DNA of 63,075 nt, filler included, from Octopus bimaculoides (Eukaryota), in NCBI RefSeq assembly GCF_001194135.2. It is 3 parts of 3 records of this genome, joined end to end, with 100 filler letters (N's around TTAATTAATTAA, not from the genome) between each part and the next. Parts side by side here need not be neighbours in the genome. Positions count along the whole stretch, not along the records: positions 1 to 30,227 come from NC_068985.1; 2 more parts are not named here. One strand, given 5' to 3'. Below, piece by piece: positions 11,761 through 23,400 of this stretch. The number at the start of each line of letters is the position of its first letter. Within the stretch, counting starts at the first letter, position 1. The translations under genes and the position numbers were made by a program. Under the pieces are notes generated by a model, which was given only the letters and a program-made list of their open reading frames with translations, did no database searches and had not been told where the DNA came from.

Positions 11761-13432
11761 GTTTAAGTGGTACATTAATGACATCGATCTCACTGATCTA
11801 GGAAAGCCTGTGGAAGCTATGGGCAGAGCTCTTCCCTCCAGGTGCAACAAAAATCTACCCCACTCACCAAAAAAACAGGTAATTGGTAGATGTCTAGTGT
11901 GACGGGGATGTTTCGGTAAAGTTACATTGTTTCCTACTTACAAATGAATTACTTTCATTTTCATCACTGAAACTACACAACTAGTTACTCCATGAATTCC
12001 ACGACATGTCAAAGGTCTGTCGGATAAAACTCATCCCACGGGACTTAACAACAGCAAAAATAATAACATTACCAATGATATATTGCTGTTGCTTAGCTCC
12101 AGATTAGCCGTTATTGAATAGACTTATGATCAAAGCCATTTCAACCGCAACTATCCTCGATATTATATTTTCTAATGTGTACTTCATTTTCATGATGGGA
12201 AAGTATAATTTGAAGAATATATGGTTGCACTTTCCAGCAGTTACAGTGCCACATAGCAGCTCTAGTTGTGCGACAACAGCAGGGTGTGTCTAAGAAAATG
12301 GTTAGCAAGCAGTCAGAGGTTTATCTATCAACAGATACGCTTACAAAATACCACACGAACTTGTTTTCCAAATCTGATTCTAGAACAGAGCAACTTTACT
12401 TGACGTTGCTATAACAACAGCAACTGATGGAGTAATTGAGCAACATTTCCCAGTAAATGTTGTTATCTATTTTACCTCACCGCACTCACAATAATCCACA
12501 CATACTTCAGGGTTTTATTTTTTTCTTGTTTTTCTTATTTACTTTAAACATTTTTAGCTTGCTTCTGACAATATTTTTATTTTGCTATAAATATTTTATT
12601 ATACATTGTTATGCCACACAAGTATTTCCACCCCCACCCACACACATACCTCATAAGGGAAGATACACAGCTAGAGATTTAAGTTTCAACAGGAATAAGA
12701 TAATTTTTGAAACATATTTCTTTGTGGTTATTGTTGGTTTTCTTCTNNNNNNNNNNNNNNNNNNNNNNNNNNNNNNNNNNNNNNNNNNNNNNNNNNNNNN
12801 NNNNNNNNNNNNNNNNNNNNNNNNNNNNNNNNNNNNNNNNNNNNNNNNNNNNNNNNNNNNNNNNNNNNNNNNNNNNNNNNNNNNNNNNNNNNNNNNNNNN
12901 NNNNNNNNNNNNNNNNNNNNNNNNNNNNNNNNNNNNNNNNNNNNNNNNNNNNNNNNNNNNNNNNNNNNNNNNNNNNNNNNNNNNNNNNNNNNNNNNNNNN
13001 NNNNNNNNNNNNNNNNNNNNNNNNNNNNNNNNNNNNNNNNNNNNNNNNNNNNNNNNNNNNNNNNNNNNNNNNNNNNNNNNNNNNNNNNNNNNNNNNNNNN
13101 NNNNNNNNNNNNNNNNNNNNNNNNNNNNNNNNNNNNNNNNNNNNNNNNNNNNNNNNNNNNNNNNNNNNNNNNNNNNNNNNNNNNNNNNNNNNNNNNNNNN
13201 NNNNNNNNNNNNNNNNNNNNNNNNNNNNNNNNNNNNNNNNNNNNNNNNNNNNNNNNNNNNNNNNNNNNNNNNNNNNNNNNNNNNNNNNNNNNNNNNNNNN
13301 NNNNNNNNNNNNNNNNNNNNNNNNNNNNNNNNNNNNNNNNNNNNNNNNNNNNNNNNNNNNNNNNNNNNNNNNNNNNNNNNNNNNNNNNCCCTCCTCCAAA
13401 TCTTCAGGCCTTGTGCCTATAGTAGAAAGGAT

Positions 13433-13434
13433 TG

Positions 13435-13511
<77 letters not shown>

Positions 13512-13690
13512 TAGTTTTATTTTTATAGCGTGCTTTCACTTGACTACCGAGCGCAGCTCTGTGTACCTTGGGTATGTGCTGTGGTTTGCTGTGATGCTCT
13601 TATGGTTACTGTATTGAAAGTGTCTTGCGTAGGATGTGTGCAGTGCCCAGCAGTGCAATTTTCTGTATGTTATATATATTTGTAAGTCCT
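13433..13690 (-). mobile_element. Dong/R4-type retrotransposon 3' end with a (TAA)n tail
   Basis: The minus strand reads GLTNIYNIQKIALLGTAHILRKTLSIQ*, then a short 3' UTR and a long (TAA)n run. Confidence 0.85.
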
Positions 13691-14229
13691 GGTAACAACA
13701 ACAACAACAACAACAGCAACAAGATGGTTATGTCTTTGGTGTTGATGTCATTTGAAATTGTTCTCTAGGTGTCTGATATAATGAACGGTTAACCTGACCC
13801 GACCTGATCTGACATAATACCTTACTAACTCTATCCATTGACTTGACTGCATATACTACTGACAATGGCTATAATTAGAGGTTAATAGTGATGAGGAATG
13901 TGGAAGTTAAGTCGCAAGCAATTTAATTATAATTAATTATAATTGTGTCTGAATATGCATATGCATATGATTATGTATCAATGAGTGTGTGCATGTATTT
14001 GTGTGTGTGTTTGCGCGCGCGCGTATGTCTGTATCTGTTTAGATTTATAGTCATACACACGCTCGCGCACAATCACACACAGATTAGATAGATAGATATG
14101 GATGTGCTTGTATGTATTTATAAACTCAAGTTATGTATAACGTGTGCGTTATATATATGTATATGTGTGTATGTATGTGTGTGTATATGTAATCTGAGTG
14201 TAACATATAGGTGTGTGTGAGTACGTATG

Positions 14230-14391
14230 CTGAAGAGGATCAAAATATCTCATTCAGTTGTAACGTCAATTTTCCCGCCAAAAATAAGAGCAAGATGGTG
14301 CCACCGTCTGATTGAAGTTATAAACATTGTGGCGGCGGCGGTGATGATGGCGGCTTAGAAATAAATAGTCGGCTGACATGTTGATTGCGTC

Positions 14392-14440
<49 letters not shown>

Positions 14441-15260
14441 GAGAGAGAGAGGGAGAGAGAGAAACGGTGAATGAACGAGGAAGTGGGTGGAGGAGGAAGG
14501 AGGGGAAGCGGTGTTTCTAACGTTGCAGCTGTTATGTTGCACGTGAACGTCGGTTAACGTAACCTGATACAGTTTCTACGCTCGCGTACCCCTCCTGCTG
14601 TACTGAATGACGTTGTGGGTGAGAGGGAAGGTCTGGGAGGTGGGGAGGAAGGCGGAATTCCCGACAGTTATGACGTCACATAAGGCGACGGTGGCGATGG
14701 TGATGGAGAAGGTAACTATTTGTGGCAGTGAATAACGTAGGGGAGGGAGAGGAGACGGAATTTTACGGTGGTGAAGGTGACGGTATTAGTAGGTGTGGTG
14801 ATAACATTGGAATCGACGTTAGTGTGGGAGGAGCAGCTTTGATTGACGGGATAGGGAGGAGCTAGTCAACAGCTGTGGATGGAAGCAGTCGTAGTATCGG
14901 TTATGTGCGCACGCGCGTAAGTGTGTGTGTGTGACGATGTTGGTGGTGATGGTGGTGATTGTGGTAGTGTTGGTGATAGTGATGGTAACTGTTCCGTTGT
15001 TACCTTTGTAGTTTAACACTATATTGGTCTTATTTGATCCAGCAGACCTAACCATGGACCATCACACCTTTCCTATAACAGAACTGTTGTCTAATGCTTC
15101 AGTTTGTATTGATTTGAAGGTGGTTAGCTGCTATTTCTAGCAGTTTGGGTGACCGCGTAACATGGCGGAAGTTCGGAAGCGTGAGGTGAGACGGGGTGGG
15201 GAGCGTCGGTAGCTGGTTTTGCGGCAGCAACGGCAGCAGCAGCAGTAGCAGTAGTAGTAA
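14230..15260. promoter_or_regulatory. CpG-rich promoter-like island
   Basis: E2F-like TTTTCCCGCCAAAA at 14270-14284, full CRE TGACGTCA at 14671-14678, E-box CACGTG, YY1-like AACATGGCGG at 15159-15168 and tandem ETS cores CGGAAG at 15166-15179, all in a CpG-poor background. Confidence 0.6.
15162..15185 (+). CDS. Putative first coding exon (MAEVRKRE) of an unidentified gene
   Basis: aacATGG start context, 8 codons, then the donor GAG|GTGAGA, inside the CpG island. No downstream exon was identified in the window. Confidence 0.45.
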
Positions 15261-16084
15261 TAGTTAGAAGAAAACTGAGGAGGAGGAGAAGGAAGAGGAG
15301 GGTGAGGAGGCGGGAAAGAAGGCGGGGAAGGAGAAGACAAAAAAGAAGAGGCAGTNNNNNNNNNNNNNNNNNNNNNNNNNNNNNNNNNNNNNNNNNNNNN
15401 NNNNNNNNNNNNNNNNNNNNNNNNNNNNNNNNNNNNNNNNNNNNNNNNNNNNNNNNNNNNNNNNNNNNNNNNNNNNNNNNNNNNNNNNNNNNNNNNNNNN
15501 NNNNNNNNNNNNNNNNNNNNNNNNNNNNNNNNNNNNNNNNNNNNNNNNNNNNNNNNNNNNNNNNNNNNNNNNNNNNNNNNNNNNNNNNNNNNNNNNNNNN
15601 NNNNNNNNNNNNNNNNNNNNNNNNNNNNNNNNNNNNNNNNNNNNNNNNNNNNNNNNNNNNNNNNNNNNNNNNNNNNNNNNNNNNNNNNNNNNNNNNNNNN
15701 NNNNNNNNNNNNNNNNNNNNNNNNNNNNNNNNNNNNNNNNNNNNNNNNNNNNNNNNNNNNNNNNNNNNNNNNNNNNNNNNNNNNNNNNNNNNNNNNNNNN
15801 NNNNNNNNNNNNNNNNNNNNNNNNNNNNNNNNNNNNNNNNNNNNNNNNNNNNNNNNNNNNNNNNNNNNNNNNNNNNNNNNNNNNNNNNNNNNNNNNNNNN
15901 NNNNNNNNNNNNNNNNNNNNNNNNNNNNNNNNNNNNNNNNNNNNNNNNNNNNNNNNNNNNNNNNNNNNNNNNNNNNNNNNNNNNNNNNNNNNNNNNNNNN
16001 NNNNNNNNNNNNNNNNNNNNNNNNNNNNNNNNNNNNNNNNNNNNNNNNNNNNNNNNNNNNNNNNNNNNNNNNNNNNNNNNNNNA

Positions 16085-16096
16085 CTACTACTACTA

Positions 16097-16130
<34 letters not shown>

Positions 16131-16141
16131 CACTGCAACTG

Positions 16142-16196
<55 letters not shown>

Positions 16197-16202
16197 CACT
16201 GT

Positions 16203-16236
<34 letters not shown>

Positions 16237-16246
16237 GCTGCTGCTG

Positions 16247-16297
<51 letters not shown>

Positions 16298-16830
16298 GTT
16301 TACTGCTGCTGCTGCCAATGCTGCTGCTGTTGCAACTACTACCAAGACAGTCATTAACAACGACATCACCCATTACCCATGCCAATACTACATCAACCCG
16401 CTATCCCTCCGCTCCACCATCACCACCACAACCACCACCATCAGTATGGACACCACCAGCACCATCGACACCGTCACCACCACCACTACCAACAATACCG
16501 ACACTCACTACTCCGCCAACACCGTCACAACCACCACCATCAACACCACCATCAACACTGCCATGACCGTCACTATAAGCATCAACATCGCCTTCGTTAA
16601 TAATAGCAAGATACCAACAGCAAGTGGTGGTGACGTCATCACAGTCACTGCATCATCATCATCAGCAGCAGCAACAGCATCGTTATCATCATCATGATTC
16701 CCTTGCACCATTTCTTTCTCCTATTCCGCCTCCTCTTCTTTCTTCACCTCTTTATCACGACGACGACGACCCCCACCCCCACAACACCCCACCACCACCA
16801 CCAAAGATGTTGCCAACAGTTTACTGAAAA
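16085..16830. repeat. Compound and degenerate trinucleotide tract (CTA/CTG/ACC/ATC)
   Basis: Seen directly. It produces spurious low-complexity ORFs in several frames. Confidence 0.8.
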
Positions 16831-16997
16831 TAACGTTATAATCCCACCCCACGCCACGTTATAATCCCGCCCCCAAAACGCGAGCAGTTCCTATTTATAG
16901 GCACATGGCAGGTGAAACACTGCTTGATGATGATGATGATGATGATGATGATATATCTAAAGAACGCCACCGCAAATGTTATCTGTGCAAGTCTGCT

Positions 16998-17011
16998 GTT
17001 GCCATAGAAAC
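16998..17011. promoter_or_regulatory. RFX X-box
   Basis: GTTGCCATAGAAAC matches the X-box consensus. Confidence 0.4.
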
Positions 17012-17360
17012 GCCATCATTCTAAGGAAGTAGACATCAAAGGAATCTGGTACTACTCTGGATCGCAGCAACAATGACTAGACTTTACCATTTACATCAAC
17101 CACATCCGGAAGCATCGAAGTGGATGCTCAATCTGCTAGAAATAACAGCCAAATAATCTCAGACCATATCTTACCGTCTTAAAATAAGGACACATTGGAC
17201 GATGAATTTGTAGATATACAAAGATAGGACGATCATGGCTGGGGCGTCTTTGAGTGTAAGTCTGTTTGATTTTGGATGACGAAAACTTCGACAGGAGGTG
17301 TCATTAAGTTAGACACTATCAGAGTCAATGATGGGTGAAATCTATCCAAAGTTAAATAAG

Positions 17361-17437
<77 letters not shown>

Positions 17438-17810
17438 GTCACATACACACGTTAATGACAAACTTAAAAAATGAAGCCTCAACACGCTATTAGTAGGCAA
17501 ATAATTTCTTCGAATAGAAATCAGTACCAGTACCATGAGTGTTGTGTTTCGTGCGAGCATATTTGCATTTATTCAATTGGAGTTTGAATGATGGGTAATA
17601 TCTACCATTTTAAAGGTGAGTGTGTACCATAAGATTTCGTGAGATAACGGATAATGCTAAATGCCTACAATCATGCACTAGTAAGGAAAGAAGAAAAGAT
17701 ATATGAAGGGAAGTATTCATTCAAAGACTCTAGTATTGGTTGCTTACTTGCGAAGGAAAAGATTGACAGTTACTTCGAAATTTCAGCCTTCTACAGATCA
17801 TATCTTGTGG

Positions 17811-18190
17811 AGGCACAATGGCCCAGTGATTAGGGCAGTGGACTCGCGGTCATAGGATCGCGGTTTCGATTCCCAGACCGGGCGTTGTGAGTGTTTATTG
17901 AGCGAAAACACCTGAAGCTCCACGAGGCTCTGGCAGGGGATGGTGGCGAACCCTGCTGTACTCATCCACCACTACTTTCTCTCACTCTTACTTTGTTTCT
18001 GTTGTGCCTGTATTTCATCAGGGCTAGCCTTGTCACACTGTGTCACGCTGAATATCCCCGAGAATTACGTTAAGGGTACACGTGTCTGTGGAGTGCTCAG
18101 CCACTTGCACGTTAATTTCACGAGCAGGTTGTTCCGTTGTTCGGATCAACTGGAACCCTCGACGTCGTAAGCGACGGAGTGCCAACAGCG
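17811..18190 (+). mobile_element. tRNA-derived SINE, near full length
   Basis: A box TGGCCCAGTGATTAGG and B box GGTTTCGATTCCC, followed by a non-tRNA body. Confidence 0.8.
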
Positions 18191-18291
18191 GATCATATCT
18201 ATGTGTGTGTGTGTAGGTGTGTATGTATAGATAGACAGACTGACAGATAGATAGATAGATGTATTTGTATCTATACATGTACATTCATATC

Positions 18292-18368
18292 CTAAGTTAC
18301 ATTCCTAGTATAGCACATAAAGTGGTGAAAGACAAACATAAATGCCATAAAATGGAAACAGACGATCA
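18292..18368 (-). CDS. Candidate terminal exon, hydrophobic TM-like tail
   Basis: Acceptor taatttag|, phase 1, VIVCFHFMAFMFVFHHFMCYTRNVT then TAG. The pyrimidine tract is weak. Confidence 0.45.
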
Positions 18369-20429
18369 CTAAATTACAGCGTCACAATTTCTCTCTCTCT
18401 CTTTCTCTCTTTCTCTCTCTATGTATCTATCTATCTTTCCTTCTCTCTTTCTTTCCATCTCCCTCTCTCATTATCTATTACTCTTGTTAGTTATCTAATA
18501 ACTCTCGTTCGCTAACTACATTGTCTTGTCTATTGCCACTCACCCTCGTCGTCACTCGCCAGATTATAATGTCCTGCAGATATAATAAAGAGAAATCCGG
18601 CAATACATGGCTGACATATATAACGGTCAATAAAACGAGTAATTCTTCCCATGAAGCACAGATCTAGTTTTTACATTCGCACTATCGAAGATAACGCGTC
18701 TCTTTTGAAAATGACTTACCTCTTGTCTGTTCCATCGGTGGTCGCACTGAAAACAGACATAAGATATAGTTTTATTACAAGCTTTCAATGTGTCCTCTCA
18801 GATATTTGGTCTCTTTATGAGTAAATCCCCATAAAACAAAATATTTGAAATTTGAATGTCGTAAAAGCACAACTTCAACACCACCATATTTAAAAACAGG
18901 TTATTATGAGAATCAACGCAGACAAAATTTCAGTATTATAAGATATTTATAGAAAAAAAATTCCCAAAAGAATATTGCAAGAGAAAATAGGGGCCAGAGC
19001 TGGTAAGACGTACCAATAAATTTATAGACGGCTCTGAGCTTTCCATGAAGCCAGCAGGAATATTTGCCCTGGTCGCTTTGTTCTATATCGTTTATAATCA
19101 AGTTACCATTTGGATTCACCTGTACTCGTGTATCAGTTGAATTAGCGAATCCCATGTAGTTTAAGGTTTTAGTACCATTCTTCCACCAAACCAAACTGTT
19201 TAGGTTGGTCCTAGAAAGGATAAATGTGAAAGTGACAACAATAAGGAGAGATAAGGTAGTTGCTACACGCACACACACACACACATACATGCATATATAT
19301 CATCATCATCATCATCATCATTTAACGTCAGTGTTCCATGCTAGCATTGGTAGGACGGTACCACAAAAGCCGGCCAGGCCGAAGCTTTCACCAGACATCT
19401 GTGACTGTCTTGGCAAGATTTTTACAGCTAGATGCCCTTCCTAACACCAACCACTCAACAGAGTGGAGTTTTTATGTGGCACAAGCACAGGTGAGGTCAA
19501 TTTTGACAAGGTTTTTACAGCTGGACGCCCTTCCGAACTTCAACACTTTACAGTGTGGATTGGGTGCTTTTAAGTGGCACCTGCACTGATAGGGTCACCA
19601 ACTACTTGCAAGGCAAACACTTTTAAGAGGGGAGGAGGTATTGGAGGAGGTGATGATGTAAAGGTTATAGTGAGACAGATAGATTATGCAAATTATCCTA
19701 AACCATAAATGTTCACTCCTTATTTTTTGTTTTTGTACATGTTTACGTCTTAGATAAAACTGGAGTCAAGATATGACAACTGTGTGCCTTAAACATGCAC
19801 ATACTGCTATCCTCTTGAATCTAGAAATATCAAACTGAATTTTTCATTAACGCATCTTAAATCCCGAGAATTCTTGGTGCTTGTGATTATTTCCTCTTTT
19901 CATTCTGAGTCGACTCTAAATGGCACTAGACGTTTCAACAAATTAAGAATTTATCTTATATTTAGTATACCATTATTTATTTTGTTGTGAAAATTCATGC
20001 CATTGGCCAGTCGTCGTCGTCGTCGTCTTCTTCTTCTTCTTCTTCTTCTTCTTCTTCTTCTTCTTCTTCTTCTTCTTCTTCTTCTTCTTCTTCTTCTTCT
20101 TCTTCTTCTTCTTCTTCTTCTTCTTCTTCAGTCTTCGTATTTAGCATTACAGTTAAGGTGTTGTCCGCTATTTCACTTGTTATACTTAGCTTTACTTACT
20201 GTCTCCTCCCAACGTACAGTGCTTGATCATCTCGTATGTAAGAGAGCATTTTTTAATGCAAGGCTGATGATGTGCTACTATAATATAAAAGAAAAATATC
20301 CCAAAGATTACCTAACTTTTCACATGAAATTTTTATGTATAGTGGCGTTGAAAACGAAGAAATACTGAAACAATTGTAACTGATAATTAGACATGTGCTA
20401 AATTCTTTCTTCGTCTTATTTAAATCACA

Positions 20430-20466
<37 letters not shown>

Positions 20467-23400
20467 TTTTTCTGCCTTTCGTTGCTTAGACACCGCCTAA
20501 CACTCACTTTCCCCTGCGATCAGGACCACCACCACTCCCTTCAATTGGATGTCCAATCCTATATAGTTGCAAGCAGTTACCCTGTTTCTTCGCGGAGATT
20601 CCCTTCTGATGTGGTCTTCCACAAGTCCTGGAAGTTGGAAGTGTTAGTATAATGCCACTCTACGCAGTTATTTGGTGGTTTTCTTGCTATTTCAGTTTTT
20701 TTCTTCTTACCTGGAATAGACACTGACATGTAGGGAAGGATTAAAGGGAGAAGGAGAGCAGAAGATCGAGTACGTAATAAAGTTAAATAAAAGGAGAAAT
20801 GGAGAAAAGAAAGATAGAGCTGGATATTTGTATACTAGAGAAGTGGAAATAAAGAGGCTACGGGATAGAATAACAGAATTATTGAGAATGAGCAAATGAT
20901 AGAAAGAATGTAAACGATAGAAAGCGAGAAGGAATTTTGTGCATGATATTGAAGAGTAGAGAAAAGGGATAGGTCGAGAAATGAAGAAAAGACACCGCAA
21001 TTTCTGATTGAGAGAAATAAGAGAGGGAACTATATGTATATGTGTGTGTTTATATGTGTGTATGTACATGTATGTGAGTACGTTGATAGATAAATAGAGA
21101 GAAGAAATAACGAAGTGAATGTGTCAGAATAATGTAGGGAGTGAAAGAATGAGAGCGTAAGAGTAAGGAAGCAAAAACTCCGATTTTTCAAATATAGAAA
21201 AGGTAATTTGCAAGTGAAGCAGACGATGACGTTCTTGATAATAAAGAAACTGATCGACTTCGAATTCAAAACTAAAACGAAGATTATTATTGGAAGAAGT
21301 CATGATTAATGTTAACTGGAGAGAAGTGCTGAAAAACTACAACAAAACTACAACTCAAGAAGAAACACGAGCAAGTCTGGAGGTAGAAAAATATAAGAAT
21401 AACAGTAAAATGACAAAATGAAACGCACAAAAATTATGAAGCAAAACTTGAATTAGAAATGAAATTAAGAATTACTAAAATGTGAAAGAAATATACCTTG
21501 TCACTTTTTTACGTATACTATACACGTTTATAAGTAATAAACAATCAAATAGCACAAACATTTTCCCCCACTCAATATTGTTTTACCGTTTCGTTTGACT
21601 TCATGTAGCTTGTATTTGTCCAACTTCCATGACAGCCTTTTCTTTATAAATTTCACGATAGCAAATCTGTAATTTATGTAGATCTGAATCACCTTTTCAA
21701 ATTCGTTCGAAATTTTGAATCTAAAGGCGCGAAAATCTTAAATGATTTCTTAATATTTGGAACGGTTCTTCTAAAAGAATAAAGTTTCGATTGTTAGATT
21801 TTCTTTAGCTTCCATATGTCTCTTCATTTCTTTGAAGTCTTCGTTTGTGACACATTGGCTTCGTGACTGAAACACACTTTGTGTCATTCGTAGAAATATT
21901 AATGTGCAATTGGGTATTAATGACATCTACAATCAGTTATGTTTTATTTAGAACAATCTCTAATGTTTCTTCAAATCCTCTAAAATTGTTAATAAATTAA
22001 AGAGGACAGAATTTATTCTCAAACTCTCCAATATACATTTTTTTTCTGTAATTTGTTCCATGCTCTTTTGAAGGAATCCCGAAATCCTTTCAGTATCGTA
22101 ACCGCCCATCACTTTATCAATAACATTTATGTATAGATCAAATGTGTGCCAAAGATAATATTCTTTAAATGTTACCACAGCACTATGTTCTATTAGTCGT
22201 CAAAGTAATGTATATCTGATAGTACAAACATTAATCTAACATTTAGATGGTAATGATGTACATATTGCTAGTGGTAATCTACATTCTACACGATGAATAA
22301 CATGGACAATATTTTTTTTTTTAATCTAAACCAATGTTCAATCATTTTCTTTTATTTTCTATATGTCTTAAAGGCCTTTAAGTGCCCTTGGATTTATTTC
22401 TTTGAATAAAATAAATAACATCAACGGTTAGTTTCAGCTGTAGTTTTACATTTTGCCACCAACGAGCTTGCAGTAAATGTTACTTCATAGCCGTGCTTTC
22501 TTTCTTGTCTTTAAGCTTCTTAAAAATAGATAAGGCGACAACTTGCGTAATTGGCAAATTTAATCGTTTCATTTGCTAAGTTATCCGTGTAGACAAATGC
22601 TTTTCAATGCGAGGAATAATACTGAAAGCCTGATACATTCACTTAGATTACGACGAATGTACATTTTAATTCCATTCAAATATATTTAGTTATCCTTTAA
22701 AATCTTAGATGCAGTTGATACTCACAAAGAAAATCTTTTACAGTTTTTTCCTGGTATATGTTTATTTATGATCTCGTATAGGGTTTGTAAAGTTATTTTT
22801 CGTTTCTATATATTGTCAATAGCATTTACTGCCATAAATTTCTTTTCGGTATGACATATTGAAATGATGATTGAATTCAAAAGTTGGAAGGTAAACGAGT
22901 AAAGAAGAGAGTGTAAGTACAATATGCATGTACATCAACCTTATTTAGAAACTGTGACACTGCGTCACCATTCAGAATTAATCATTCGAACGATCAGAAT
23001 AAGACCTTTTCTGCGTATGTGACAGATCAAGTAATGCATTTCTGAGCCAAACCATTTATTTAAATATAACCCACGAAAGTTGTTTAGAACTCTTTTCTTT
23101 CGTTTGTACATGTGACCAATACGAATAGAATGTTTGTGTCAAGACTTAACAAAATGCGAATTTAACAGACTAGATATAATGATCTGAGACAGTGAAAAGA
23201 AACTATGCACGGTTGTTGAAGCCAATTTATCTGCAGATGTAAACGTAATACTGAAGATCTGTGCAAAAAAGAATATTTACGCAGAACAGATGAGAATTCT
23301 GCTGGTTCTCAATCCAGACCAAAACAAGATTTCTACCGATAATACTAGAGTACTTGGTTACATAACGAACTGCCACAGTATCTATCTTGAGAAACTGGGT

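Noticed and set aside
12457-13528. Long ORFs of 220-420 aa spanning N runs (also at 15.3, 23.6, 35.4, 36.5 and 57.2 kb)
   Set aside because: They are open only because N codons are not stops.
16299-16697. Thr-rich mucin-like frame (MDTTSTIDTV...)
   Set aside because: It lies in a degenerate ACC/ATC repeat tract, with an upstream in-frame stop and no credible acceptor.
20699-20722. Minus-strand CCAG|GTAAG donor as the exon preceding the Ig exon
   Set aside because: It supplies no cysteine in the required phase, and 26113-26170 fits exactly.
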